A stretch of DNA of 64,000 nt, taken from NCBI GenBank assembly GCA_964517625.1, contig CAZFBW010000003.1, forward strand, positions 46,107-110,106, in the 5' to 3' direction. This DNA comes from an uncultured Candidatus Saccharibacteria bacterium (GTDB taxonomy: Bacteria; Patescibacteriota; Minisyncoccia; Phycocordibacterales; UBA5272). The notes under the pieces were generated by a model that was not told where the DNA came from, did no database searches, and saw nothing but the letters and a program-made list of their open reading frames with translations. Both the position numbers and the translations under genes were made by a program. Shown in pieces: positions 37,867 to 47,897 of this stretch (positions within the stretch are counted from its first letter, which is position 1; each line of letters begins with the position of its first letter).

Positions 37867-38421
37867 ATGGCATATACATTTACCGCAGTTAATGAACAGA
37901 AGGCAAAAATACTTGAGTGGTTATCATCTGAATACCGCTCAATTCAAACAGGCAGAGCTACGCCTCAAGTGCTTGATTTGGTTCATATTGATTTGTATGG
38001 TTCACGTACACCGGTTGCACACACGGCATCTATAAGTGTTGAAGATCCACGCACACTTCGTGTTGCTCCTTGGGATAAGGCAATTATTCGTGACATTGAA
38101 AAAGCGGTTAATGAAGCCGATCTTGGACTTTCTGTTTCTTCTGATGGCGACGGTTTGCGCATTCACTTTCCAGCGCTTACAACAGAAACGCGACAGAAAA
38201 TGATTAAGCTTTTAAAAGATAGATTAGAAGATGCTCGTGTGAAGGTTCGCGCGCTTCGTGAAGAAACCAATAAGGATATTGACGCTCGCGCAAAGGCGGG
38301 GGAATTTGGTGAAGATGAACAACACAGATACCGTGAAGATAATCAAAAACTTGTTGACGCTACAAATGCCGAATTAGAAGCGCTTTTTGAAAAAAAGGAA
38401 AAAGAAGTACTCGGTGAGTAA
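37867..38421 (+). CDS. frr: Ribosome recycling factor
   Basis: Full-length RRF pattern ...SIQTGRA.P..LD.V.ID.YGS..P....A.ISVEDPRTL.V.PWDK. Confidence 0.85.
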   Translation: MAYTFTAVNEQKAKILEWLSSEYRSIQTGRATPQVLDLVHIDLYGSRTPVAHTASISVEDPRTLRVAPWDKAIIRDIEKAVNEADLGLSVSSDGDGLRIHFPALTTETRQKMIKLLKDRLEDARVKVRALREETNKDIDARAKAGEFGEDEQHRYREDNQKLVDATNAELEALFEKKEKEVLGE

Positions 38422-38448
38422 TTTGTTATACTTGGCCACACACCTCTC

Positions 38449-39537
38449 ATGACCCTATTTCTTTTTTTCGTTATTCTCCTTCTCCTTGTGATTGTTCATG
38501 AGTTTGGACATTTTATTGCTGCGAAATTAACTGGTATGCGTGTAGATGAATTTGCTTTCGGTTTTCCACCTCGTCTATGGGGGAAAAAGAAAGGAGAAAC
38601 AACATACTCATTCAATACGCTACCGCTCGGCGGGTATGTTTCTATTTATGGTGAAAACGGTGAACCTGACGATAAAGCAAAACACGATCCGCGGGCATTT
38701 GGCAATCGTCCATGGTGGGCTCAGCTTGTGACGCTTGTTGCTGGTGTTGTGATGAATATGGTTTTAGCGTGGGTTATTTTCGTAGCAATTTCTTTTGGCT
38801 CTGTTCGTATTTCCGCTGATGATGAAAAATATGGAGACCGTATCACTACACCGGAATTGGTGGTTGTTGATGCGTCACTTGAATCACCGGCGTACAAAGC
38901 AGGGATTATTCCCGGTTCAGTTATTGCAAGTATGAAAGGGAAGTATGCAACATTTAAGGGCACGAATGCTACATCTGCCGTTGAATTTATTAGAAAGCAT
39001 ATCGATGAACCACTCACGATAACATACATTCTTCCAAATCAAGTGGTTGCTTCAACGACGATCACTGGCGTATACGGTTTGATTCCAGACCGAAAGGCAC
39101 TCGGTATTTCAGTTGATGCGATTGGATACCTCGACGCAAATCTGATAGATGCTTTTGTGTTAGGAACAGAGCGCACATACAACATGACTATGATGACGCT
39201 CGATGGTCTCTCACAACTTGTGATGTCAATTAGTAGAGGTGAAAGTGTCATTGATTCGCTCTCGGGTCCCATCGGTATTGCTAAAATCGTTGGACAGACA
39301 AGTGAATATGGAGTGGAGGCGGTGCTTACACTTATTGCCGTGCTTTCGATTAATTTGGCAATTTTCAATATCTTACCTTTCCCAGCGCTTGATGGCGGAC
39401 GTATGATTATTGTTGTTGGCGAAACAATCACGCGAAAGAAGTTTCCGTTTAAATATATGTCGATTATTAACGGAGTAGGGTTTGTTCTCTTGATTCTGCT
39501 TCTCATTGTGGTTTCTATTAAAGACGTTACCCTGTAA
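38449..39537 (+). CDS. rseP: Site-2 protease RseP (M50 family) with PDZ domain
   Basis: HEFGHFIAAK HExxH in TM1; LDGG motif near C-terminus. Confidence 0.8.
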   Translation: MTLFLFFVILLLLVIVHEFGHFIAAKLTGMRVDEFAFGFPPRLWGKKKGETTYSFNTLPLGGYVSIYGENGEPDDKAKHDPRAFGNRPWWAQLVTLVAGVVMNMVLAWVIFVAISFGSVRISADDEKYGDRITTPELVVVDASLESPAYKAGIIPGSVIASMKGKYATFKGTNATSAVEFIRKHIDEPLTITYILPNQVVASTTITGVYGLIPDRKALGISVDAIGYLDANLIDAFVLGTERTYNMTMMTLDGLSQLVMSISRGESVIDSLSGPIGIAKIVGQTSEYGVEAVLTLIAVLSINLAIFNILPFPALDGGRMIIVVGETITRKKFPFKYMSIINGVGFVLLILLLIVVSIKDVTL

Positions 39538-39561
39538 AAGGGGCGTGGTATACTTTTTCCC

Positions 39562-40827
39562 ATGCGACAGTCACATTTATTTACAAAGACAAGAAAAGAG
39601 AATCCAAGCGACGAAGTTTCTAAAAATGCGGAACTTCTCATTCGCGCAGGATATATTCACAAAGAAATCGCCGGAGCGTACAGCTTTTTACCTCTCGGGC
39701 TACGAGTGCTTGAAAACATCAAAGCAATTATTCGAGATGAAATGAATCGCGAAGGGGGTCAAGAAGTTTTTATGACGGCTCTCCAAGATAAAAGTATTTG
39801 GGAAAAAACAGACAGGTGGGATGATACGAAGGTGGATAATTGGTTTAAGACAACGATTAAGGGTGGTGGTGAAACTGGTCTTGCAATTACCCATGAAGAG
39901 CCACTAACAAACATCATGACAGGATTTATTTCCTCATATCGTGATCTACCTAAGTATGCGTATCAGTTTCAGAATAAGTTTCGAAATGAGGCACGTGCAA
40001 AATCAGGCATCATGCGAGGCAGAGAATTTTTGATGAAAGACATGTATGATTTTTCAAGATCTCAAGAAGAGCACGAAGTATTTTATAACAAGATGCGTGA
40101 AGCATACATTCGCACCTTTAATCGTTTGGGTATTGGCGAGCAAACCTATGTGACATTTGCATCAGGTGGAATCTTTTCTCCATTTTCTGAAGAGTTTCAA
40201 ACGGTATCTGATGCCGGTGAAGACACGATTTATGTAGATGAAAAAAAGAAACTTGCCGTTAATAAAGAAGTGTACAACGATGAGGCGCTTGCAAAACTTG
40301 GTTTGAAGAAAGAAGATTTGGTTGAAAAGAAATCTATTGAAGTTGGAAATATTTTCCACCTGGGTACTAAATTTTCTGTTCCGCTTGGACTTTCATACAC
40401 TGATGAGAAAGGGGAAAAGCAACCCGTGGTGATGGGTTCATATGGCATGGGGCCATCTCGAATTATGGGAACTATCGTTGAAGTGCTTTCAGATGATAAA
40501 GGAATTGTGTGGCCAGCATCTATTGCACCTTTTTCACTCCACTTGATTGCACTCTATAAAAGTAAGGATGATGAAAGTTATAAGAAAGCAGAGTCTTTGT
40601 ACAATGATTTAACTGCGAAAGGGGTTGAGGTACTTTTTGATGATCGCGAACTAAGTCCTGGAAATAAATTTGCAGACAGTGATTTGATTGGTATTCCAAT
40701 GCGCGTGGTGGTGAGCGAAAAATCTTTAACAGCAGGCGGGGTTGAAATAAAAGAACGAACAGCCAGTACAAGTGAAATTATCACTGTTGAAGAATTGTTT
40801 AAAACATACCAAAAGAATTGCGAATAG
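39562..40827 (+). CDS. proS: Prolyl-tRNA synthetase, bacterial type without INS editing domain
   Basis: MRQSHLFTKTRKENP...LIRAGYI; class II motifs; C-terminal anticodon-binding domain. Confidence 0.8.
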   Translation: MRQSHLFTKTRKENPSDEVSKNAELLIRAGYIHKEIAGAYSFLPLGLRVLENIKAIIRDEMNREGGQEVFMTALQDKSIWEKTDRWDDTKVDNWFKTTIKGGGETGLAITHEEPLTNIMTGFISSYRDLPKYAYQFQNKFRNEARAKSGIMRGREFLMKDMYDFSRSQEEHEVFYNKMREAYIRTFNRLGIGEQTYVTFASGGIFSPFSEEFQTVSDAGEDTIYVDEKKKLAVNKEVYNDEALAKLGLKKEDLVEKKSIEVGNIFHLGTKFSVPLGLSYTDEKGEKQPVVMGSYGMGPSRIMGTIVEVLSDDKGIVWPASIAPFSLHLIALYKSKDDESYKKAESLYNDLTAKGVEVLFDDRELSPGNKFADSDLIGIPMRVVVSEKSLTAGGVEIKERTASTSEIITVEELFKTYQKNCE

Positions 40828-40830
40828 AAA

Positions 40831-40877
40831 AAGCCACCAAGACCCAGTTGGGTGTTGGTGGCATTTGAGTTTTTATT
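40831..40877 (+). terminator. Terminator (GCCACCAA...TTGGTGGC + T-run)
   Basis: 8-bp stem with inner ACCCA/TGGGT. Confidence 0.6.
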
Positions 40878-41397
40878 TTGATGCTTTGTGGGCGATGTGT
40901 TTACCCATTCTTTCGATGTCGGAAAGAAGCTTGATGATGTCTTTGCTCATCTTAAGATCCACGGCTTCTTTTTTCAGACGAGCGATGAAACCCGAACTGT
41001 AGATTTGTAGCATTTGGTTCCCAACGTGTTCTGCTTTATTTGGAAGAGGAGAAGGGAGATTAGCGTAGTTGGTTGCCAACTCGCAAAGAAACATTCTTCT
41101 TTCATCAGAGACACCAGCCTCTGTGAGTAGTTCCTCCGCCTCTTTTTCCAGCGCCTCCGCCTCTCTTCGTGCGAGCTTACCCATAGCTGTTGTGAAGTTT
41201 TCATTCCAGTTGGCATGGTATTCCGCGTACGCTTCATTGATCTTTGGCGCCAGCACGTTTATGTATCGCATCTGGGCGTGCGCGGAAGGTCCAGAGAGTT
41301 CCTCGTTTAGTTTTACGAGAACATCTTTACAGATTTGTGCAAACTGCAAGGCATACATGCGAACAAGTACTGACTGGAGCACTGTGTCCATATACAT
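40873..41397 (-). CDS. Hypothetical coiled-coil protein (174 aa)
   Basis: Internal ATG with AAAGGA RBS chosen over track start. Confidence 0.4.
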   Translation of the reverse strand: MYMDTVLQSVLVRMYALQFAQICKDVLVKLNEELSGPSAHAQMRYINVLAPKINEAYAEYHANWNENFTTAMGKLARREAEALEKEAEELLTEAGVSDERRMFLCELATNYANLPSPLPNKAEHVGNQMLQIYSSGFIARLKKEAVDLKMSKDIIKLLSDIERMGKHIAHKASK

Positions 41398-41504
41398 AAG
41401 TATTAGTCCTTTCGCTGGTTGGTTTTTTGGAACTGTACTGATAGTTACACTACACGATTTTTTGTGTTCGTCAAACTTTTTAATTTGGTATATATAAATA
41501 AAAA

Positions 41505-41528
41505 CCCCCACTACGCCGTAGCGGGGGA
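41505..41528 (-). terminator. Terminator hairpin CCCCCGCTACG-gcg-TAGTGGGGG + U-run (minus strand), overlapping upstream stop
   Basis: Hairpin followed by TTTTTATTT on minus strand. Confidence 0.5.
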
Positions 41529-41861
41529 TTTGAAAATTACAACATAGTTACCGACAGAAATTTCTTTAATCATAGACAGAACATCTTCGCCTTCAATCGA
41601 TACCCGTAAAGATCCAAAGTCTTCTGTTGTTGGGTTGATTGTGTGCGTTATGCAACAGAAGAGTGCACGGTTGTGTGCCCACATAGAAAGCCTTTCTTCG
41701 TTTTCTAAACCCTCGCCACCTGGCACATATTCGAATTCATCAACTTTTACAGCAATCTCTCCGCCATTTTTAAGGGAAATACGCAATAGGGTTCCTATGA
41801 GATCTTGAGCGTGGCTTACGCCAAGGTTGCTAAGCAAGGTGTCTTTGACGCTTTTGTTCAT
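41511..41861 (-). CDS. Hypothetical protein (116 aa)
   Basis: GAGGA RBS 6 nt upstream of internal ATG. Confidence 0.4.
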   Translation of the reverse strand: MNKSVKDTLLSNLGVSHAQDLIGTLLRISLKNGGEIAVKVDEFEYVPGGEGLENEERLSMWAHNRALFCCITHTINPTTEDFGSLRVSIEGEDVLSMIKEISVGNYVVIFKSPATA

Positions 41862-41944
41862 TTTGGTCCTCGTGTGATGGTTAAAGAAAACAGCTGGCAT
41901 TAATCTACAGTTTTTTAGTGTTGGCGTCAATTTTAGATAAAAAA

Positions 41945-42075
41945 AGAGACGCCCCGAATTGGTGACGTCTCATCAAAGGTTGGTCGAAGTGCGGATGTAA
42001 CTGACCAGGTTACATCCCGGTACCGAGTCGCCGGAGTGGGTAATCGGCCATCCTCTCACTTTTGAAACCCCGCGG
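41945..42075. other. GC-rich structured element in divergent intergenic region (GAGACG/CGTCTC stem; perfect 9-bp hairpin GGATGTAAC-tgaccag-GTTACATCC; further GC-rich pairing)
   Basis: Seen directly; candidate ncRNA or regulatory leader of unknown class. Confidence 0.3.
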
Positions 42076-42174
42076 TATTTTATGAACTTTCCCGGGAGAG
42101 CAAAATTTATGGTACTACCAATTTTTAATATTGTCAAATTAGTATCGAATATTTCTACGTGGTAGAATACCCCC

Positions 42175-43425
42175 ATGTTTGAGCGATTTTTACGTCACTT
42201 TTCAAATGATATTGGTATCGATTTGGGTACTGCAAATACGCTCGTGTATCTCCGTGGGCGAGGCATTGTTATTAATGAACCATCTGTTGTTGCACTTAAC
42301 GCAAAAACTGACCGCGTGGTGGCTGTTGGTAATGAAGCAAAAGATATGATGGGACGCACACCGGCGCATATTCGTATCGTTCGTCCACTTGTTGACGGGG
42401 TGATTTCTGATTATGAAGTAACGGAGGAAATGCTTTCATACCTCATTAACAAAGCAAACGAAATGGTGAAAAAGTTTTTGCGTCCGCGTGTGGTCATTGG
42501 TATTCCTGTTGGTGTGACTAACGTTGAGATGCGTGCGGTGTATGACGCGGCAAAATCAGCTGGGGCGCGCGAGGTATACATTGTTGAAGAACCGATGGCG
42601 GCAGCAATCGGTGTGCACCTTCCAATTCATGAGCCAGTAGGAAGTATGATTGTAGATATTGGTGGCGGAACAACTGACATCGCTGTGATTGCGCTTGGTG
42701 GTGTGGTGCGCTCTAAAAGTTTAAAAGTTGCAGGGGATGTGATGAATACAAATATCATCACCTACATTCGTGACGAGTTTAAAATGCTTATCGGAGAAAA
42801 AACAGCAGAGCACATCAAAATGACCATCGGTGCCGCGATTCCAAGCGAGCACGGCGAAGAAATGACAATCAAAGGACGAGATTTGATTACTGGACTCCCA
42901 CGCGAAGCGGTGATTACTGATGTAGATATTCGCGAAGCAATGTACGGCCCGCTTTCACAAATTGTGGAAGCAATCAAAGAAGTTTTGGAAACCACACCAC
43001 CTGAAGTGCTTTCGGATATTATGCACAAAGGTATTACGCTTTCAGGAGGCGGTGCTCTTATTAGAAATATCACGACACTCCTTAAAATGCAGGTTAAGGT
43101 TCCAATTATTGTTGCGGATGATCCATTAACATGCGTTGCTCGAGGAACAGGTTTTATCCTAGAGGATATAGAGAAGTATAAATATGTAGGAATTCCAAAC
43201 ACCGATGACATATCGTTCCGCGAAAGCAAAACAAGGTTCAAAGCATGTGCGCATCGCAGCACTTATTATTTTTGTTGTACTGCTTTCTTTTATGTGGGAG
43301 CCGGTTCAGGAAACACTTCATCCCGTTGTTGCACCATTACTAAACACGTATGTGACCATACGCGATACGGGGACTGGTATACCTCATGCAATTGTTACTT
43401 TTTTTACAAAGCGAAGCGAATATGA
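42175..43425 (+). CDS. mreB: MreB paralog 2 (operon copy); the frame has no stop until 43425, overlapping mreC by 221 nt
   Basis: Canonical MreB through ...DPLTCVARGTGFILEDIEKYKYV, then ~75 Cys-rich out-of-character residues. Confidence 0.7.
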   Translation: MFERFLRHFSNDIGIDLGTANTLVYLRGRGIVINEPSVVALNAKTDRVVAVGNEAKDMMGRTPAHIRIVRPLVDGVISDYEVTEEMLSYLINKANEMVKKFLRPRVVIGIPVGVTNVEMRAVYDAAKSAGAREVYIVEEPMAAAIGVHLPIHEPVGSMIVDIGGGTTDIAVIALGGVVRSKSLKVAGDVMNTNIITYIRDEFKMLIGEKTAEHIKMTIGAAIPSEHGEEMTIKGRDLITGLPREAVITDVDIREAMYGPLSQIVEAIKEVLETTPPEVLSDIMHKGITLSGGGALIRNITTLLKMQVKVPIIVADDPLTCVARGTGFILEDIEKYKYVGIPNTDDISFRESKTRFKACAHRSTYYFCCTAFFYVGAGSGNTSSRCCTITKHVCDHTRYGDWYTSCNCYFFYKAKRI

Positions 43426-44014
43426 AAAACGCATTAGTGAACTAGAACTTCAAATTGAGCGTCTTGAAAACGAACTTGCCTACACAACTGATCTTTTAGA
43501 TACCACTGATGATGAGGGGAGTGCAGAGAGTGCAACTACAACAAATACCGTTCTTACTGGAAGCAAAACCCAAAAACTATATCCAGTTCTTAAAGATATA
43601 ACAACGATGTATAACAGTGTTGTTTTGTCTGGTGGATTTGATGACGACATAGAAGAGGGAATGATTGTGTATGTGCGTGGACATCAGGCAGTTGGTTTTA
43701 TTGAAAAAGTCCATAAAGCCACATCCATTATGAAATTGTATTCATCGTCAGATCAGCATGTAGAAGGAATAATTAAGGATATTGATACCAGTATTACCCT
43801 CCAAGGACAAGGAGGGGGTTCATATGTGATAGAAGCGCAAAAGGATGTTGATCTTGCTGTAGGCCAAGTGGTTCATTTGGCAGGAAATCCTTCTATGGTG
43901 CTTGGGACGATTGTTTCGGTTGAAGATGACCCGCAAGATATTTTTGTGCGTGCATATGTTCGTGGAGCATATAATCCAAACAGAGCAAATACTTTCTATG
44001 TTGACCGTCAATAA
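43205..44014 (+). CDS. mreC: Rod shape-determining protein MreC
   Basis: N-terminal TM, coiled coil (ISELELQIERLENEL), C-terminal beta domain; position after mreB. Confidence 0.7.
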   Translation: MTYRSAKAKQGSKHVRIAALIIFVVLLSFMWEPVQETLHPVVAPLLNTYVTIRDTGTGIPHAIVTFFTKRSEYEKRISELELQIERLENELAYTTDLLDTTDDEGSAESATTTNTVLTGSKTQKLYPVLKDITTMYNSVVLSGGFDDDIEEGMIVYVRGHQAVGFIEKVHKATSIMKLYSSSDQHVEGIIKDIDTSITLQGQGGGSYVIEAQKDVDLAVGQVVHLAGNPSMVLGTIVSVEDDPQDIFVRAYVRGAYNPNRANTFYVDRQ

Positions 44015-44165
44015 GTACACTCTTTATGTCGTTGGTGCCGTTATTTTTGCGCTTTTTGGGGATGTTGCTCTATCAACAAGTAAGTACCCGCTTTTTACGA
44101 TTGTTGTATGTGGTATAGTAATCGTACTAGCGTATGTCTCGCCACATATTAGGAAAACGTATTAA
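43998..44165 (+). CDS. Small 2-TM protein at the MreD position (possible minimal MreD-like)
   Basis: 55 aa hydrophobic, sits between mreC and pbp2. Confidence 0.25.
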   Translation: MLTVNKYTLYVVGAVIFALFGDVALSTSKYPLFTIVVCGIVIVLAYVSPHIRKTY

Positions 44166-45822
44166 ACGCACACATCGGGAAATTAATCCTGAAGATGTGT
44201 TTTTGGATTCGCACAACATTCCAACGTTTAACACCAGCCAACTTGAAGGACACATTGAAAAACCCTTACCGAGTTATTTTGGATATATTATTTTATTTGC
44301 AGTCGTTGTTGTTTTTGGTATTTTTTCTGGCAAATTGTATTCAATGCAAGTGCGTGAGGCTGATACATATAGAGAACTTGCTGATAAAAATCACTTAAAG
44401 AGTACGCCAATCTTTGCGCATCGTGGAACAATTAGTGACAGGGAGGGCGTTTTGCTTGCTTGGAACGACAGTGTTGGAGCAAGTCACGAAATTCCAACAC
44501 GCAAATATATAGAAACCCCCGGTTTTTCTAATGTGCTTGGTTATGTAAGTTATCCAAAAAAAGATTCGAGTGGAATCTTTTGGCAAGATGTATACATCGG
44601 CAAAGACGGTATTGAAAAAATGTACAACGACCGTTTACAGGGGGTGACCGGAGAAAGAATTGTTGCAGTAAATGCAGCACGTGAAATAGAGGCGGAGAAC
44701 GTTACCGTTGATCCAATTAATGGCGAGAATATAAAAATTACCATCGATAAAGGGGTGCAAGCAAAACTTTATGAACGCATGAAAGCTCTTTCTGTTAAGG
44801 CGGGATTCACGGGGGGAGCTGCAGTAATTATGGATGTTGCAAATGGAGAAATTCTTGCGCTCGTAAGTTTTCCACAGTACGACAACAATTTAATTACAAA
44901 CGCTTCATCGTCCGATGAGAAAAAGCAGGTGTCTCGCGACCTTCTTGATAAACGAAACATGTTTCTTAATCGTGCCGTGTCTGGACTGTTTACTCCTGGG
45001 TCAACAGTAAAACCATTCGTTGCCATTGCTGCCCTCATGGAGGGTGTAATTACTCCTGAAAAGGAAATTTATAGTTCTGGTGCACTTGTTATTAAAAATA
45101 AATATGGCGGTCCAGATACAGTGTTTAAAGACTGGAAGGCTCATGGATATGTGGATATGCGAAAGGCGATTGCAGGCTCGTCGGATGAATATTTTTACCA
45201 AGTAGGGGGTGGGTATCAGAGTCAGCAGGGATTAGGAATTGAACGTATTAATCGTTACGCGAAAATGTTTGGTTTTGCTTCAACAACAGGTATTGATTTA
45301 CCTGGTGAAAAAGCAGGACTCGTTCCTTCTCCCGAATGGAAGAAAAAAACTTTCAATGAAGATTGGCTACTTGGAAATACATACCACACCTCAATTGGAC
45401 AGTATGGTTTTCAAGTTACTCCACTTGAACTTGTACGCGCTGTTGCCATGATTGCTAACGGAGGATATTTAGTTACTCCTCATCTTTATTTATCGCTTGA
45501 GACGAAAAGGACATTAGTCGGTTTGGAAGAAGGCCATCTTAAAGTTATTCGTGAAGGAATGCGACAAGGAGCAATAACGGGAACAGGAAAAGTTCTTAAT
45601 ATTCCAGGCGTGAAAGTCGCTACCAAATCAGGAACAGCAGAATTAGGAATTACTAAACAACTGGTGAACAGTTGGATTACGGGATATTTTCCATATGAGA
45701 ATCCACGGTATGCTTTTGTGGTGATTATGGAAAAAGGGGATAGACATAATCCGTATGGCGCAGTATTTGTGATGCGCGAGACGCTTGAATGGATGCGTGA
45801 CAACACGGAGTATACAAAGTAG
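44134..45822 (+). CDS. mrdA: Penicillin-binding protein 2 (elongasome transpeptidase)
   Basis: SxxK GSTVKPF, SGN-like, KSGTA; N-terminal TM; follows mreBCD. Confidence 0.75.
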   Translation: MSRHILGKRIKRTHREINPEDVFLDSHNIPTFNTSQLEGHIEKPLPSYFGYIILFAVVVVFGIFSGKLYSMQVREADTYRELADKNHLKSTPIFAHRGTISDREGVLLAWNDSVGASHEIPTRKYIETPGFSNVLGYVSYPKKDSSGIFWQDVYIGKDGIEKMYNDRLQGVTGERIVAVNAAREIEAENVTVDPINGENIKITIDKGVQAKLYERMKALSVKAGFTGGAAVIMDVANGEILALVSFPQYDNNLITNASSSDEKKQVSRDLLDKRNMFLNRAVSGLFTPGSTVKPFVAIAALMEGVITPEKEIYSSGALVIKNKYGGPDTVFKDWKAHGYVDMRKAIAGSSDEYFYQVGGGYQSQQGLGIERINRYAKMFGFASTTGIDLPGEKAGLVPSPEWKKKTFNEDWLLGNTYHTSIGQYGFQVTPLELVRAVAMIANGGYLVTPHLYLSLETKRTLVGLEEGHLKVIREGMRQGAITGTGKVLNIPGVKVATKSGTAELGITKQLVNSWITGYFPYENPRYAFVVIMEKGDRHNPYGAVFVMRETLEWMRDNTEYTK

Positions 45823-45855
45823 CCAAAAACGTTATTTTGTGCTATTATATCTGCC

Positions 45856-46311
45856 ATGGAATATTTAACAATCGAAAAGAAAAATTCTCTTGAAGAAGAG
45901 TTGAACAATTTAAAAACAGTTCGCCGTAAGGAAATTGCAGAGGCGCTTGAATACTCGAAATCACTCGGTGATCTTTCAGAAAACGCTGAATATCACCAAG
46001 CTCGTGAGGATCAGGCAAACTGTGAAGACCGTATTGCGCACATCGAACAAATTTTAAAGAATGCAGTTATTTTGAGCGACCATAAAGACGGATTCATTAG
46101 TGTTGGTAGTACGGTCGCTGTTCTCAAAAAAGGCGATAAGGAACCTCGGACATTTTTGATTGTTGGAAGTGAAGAAGCAGATTCTTTTACAGGAAAGATT
46201 TCCAATGAATCTCCGCTTGGAAAAGCTATTCTCGGCAAAGTAAAAGGTGACACAGTAAGTTTTGAAACTCCAAAAGGAAGCGTGACGTATACGGTTAAAT
46301 CAGTGGAATAA
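45856..46311 (+). CDS. greA: Transcription elongation factor GreA
   Basis: LGDLSENAEYHQARE; C-terminal FKBP-like domain. Confidence 0.85.
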   Translation: MEYLTIEKKNSLEEELNNLKTVRRKEIAEALEYSKSLGDLSENAEYHQAREDQANCEDRIAHIEQILKNAVILSDHKDGFISVGSTVAVLKKGDKEPRTFLIVGSEEADSFTGKISNESPLGKAILGKVKGDTVSFETPKGSVTYTVKSVE

Positions 46312-46317
46312 CGAAAG

Positions 46318-46365
46318 ATAAGAACAAAAAAGGCAAACTAAAAAGTTTGCCTTTTTTGTTCTTAT
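46318..46365 (+). terminator. Strong terminator: 22-bp perfect stem ATAAGAACAAAAAAGGCAAACT-aaaa-AGTTTGCCTTTTTTGTTCTTAT
   Basis: Seen directly after greA. Confidence 0.85.
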
Positions 46366-46413
46366 TAGACTCTAGTCCTCAATAACTAGTCCCTGTGCTA
46401 TAATTTCCTTCAT

Positions 46414-47871
46414 ATGGCATCACTTGAAGAACTGCGCGCAGAGCGCCTCAAAAAATTACAAGCACTTCGTGAACAAGGGGATGAAGGGTATCCGAGCGTT
46501 TCTAGAAAGACACATGATTTAGCGGATATTGTTCGAGCTTTTAAAACGCTTCACGACGAAGGTACGCAAGTGATTGTAACTGGACGAATTATGGCTTCTC
46601 GCGGACAAGGGGCGCTTATCTTTTTCGACCTCTTTGACGGAACAGCGAAATTGCAGGCAGTGATTAAACTTCCAGAATCAGGAGACAAAGTACATGAATT
46701 TTATACGAAGTTTGTTGATATTGGAGATTTTGTTGAGGTAACAGGAACGCTCTTTATTACAAAAGCTGGACAGGAAAGTGTGCATGTGACTAACATGAGC
46801 ATGCTTTCTAAAGCACTTCTTCCGCTTCCAGATAAGTATCACGGCATTCAAGACGAAGAACTCCGTTTGCGCGAGCGATATCTTGATTTGCTTACTAATC
46901 CAGAACTACGCGAACTGATTGAAAAGAAGGCAAAGTTTTGGGATGTAACTCGAGCATTCTTAAAAGAAAGAAAATTCATCGAGGTGGAAACACCAACACT
47001 TGAAGTGACAACAGGAGGTGCTGAAGCGCGCCCGTTTAAAACACATCACCATGATTTTGATTTGAGTGTGTTCTTGCGTATCTCTGTTGGTGAGCTTTGG
47101 CAAAAGCGACTCATGGCGGGAGGTTTTTCTCGTACGTTTGAAATTGGTCGCGTGTATCGCAACGAAGGTTCATCACCTGAACACGTCCAAGAATTTACTA
47201 ACTGTGAATTTTATATGGCGTATGCTGACTATGAAGACGGAATGAATCTCGTACAAGATTTGTACAGAACGATTGCAAAAGAAGTGTTTGGCACGATGAC
47301 ATTTACTACTCGTGGTCACACCTTTGATTTAAGTGAAGCGTGGGCGCGCATTGATTATCGTGAAGAAGTGAAAAAACAGACTGGTATTGATATTGAGAAG
47401 GCAAGTGATGACGAGATTAAAAAGAAACTTCAAGAACTTAAGGTGACATACGATGGAGAAAACCGTGAGCGCTTGATTGATACGCTCTGGAAGCACTGTC
47501 GAAAGCAAATTTCAGGGCCAGCGTTTGTTATTAATCATCCGCTGATTGTGGCTCCGCTTGCAAAGAAAAATAAAGATGGCGAAACAGCGCAAGTGTTCCA
47601 ACCAATTTTAGCAGGTTCAGAAATCGGAAAAGGGTACACGGAATTAAATGACCCAATTGATCAACGTGCACGCTTCGAAAAGCAACAGCAACTCTTGGAG
47701 GGTGGTGATGAAGAAGCGATGATGGCGGATGAAAGTTTCGTGGAAATGCTTGAACACGGCATGCCACCAACGTGTGGGTTTGGATTTGGTGAACGACTCT
47801 TTGCATTCTTGTCGGATAAACCGATTCGCGAAGTGCATACCTTCCCACTTGTAAAACCTAAAATAGGGTAG
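46414..47871 (+). CDS. lysS: Lysyl-tRNA synthetase, class II
   Basis: N-terminal OB fold; class II motifs (FRNEG..., GGFSRTFEIGRVYRNE, GMPPTCGFGFGERL). Confidence 0.9.
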   Translation: MASLEELRAERLKKLQALREQGDEGYPSVSRKTHDLADIVRAFKTLHDEGTQVIVTGRIMASRGQGALIFFDLFDGTAKLQAVIKLPESGDKVHEFYTKFVDIGDFVEVTGTLFITKAGQESVHVTNMSMLSKALLPLPDKYHGIQDEELRLRERYLDLLTNPELRELIEKKAKFWDVTRAFLKERKFIEVETPTLEVTTGGAEARPFKTHHHDFDLSVFLRISVGELWQKRLMAGGFSRTFEIGRVYRNEGSSPEHVQEFTNCEFYMAYADYEDGMNLVQDLYRTIAKEVFGTMTFTTRGHTFDLSEAWARIDYREEVKKQTGIDIEKASDDEIKKKLQELKVTYDGENRERLIDTLWKHCRKQISGPAFVINHPLIVAPLAKKNKDGETAQVFQPILAGSEIGKGYTELNDPIDQRARFEKQQQLLEGGDEEAMMADESFVEMLEHGMPPTCGFGFGERLFAFLSDKPIREVHTFPLVKPKIG

Positions 47872-47897
47872 AAAGACAATCATAATAATCCCACCGC

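Noticed and set aside
42762-43262. 166-aa minus-strand ORF
   Set aside because: Antisense to mreB2
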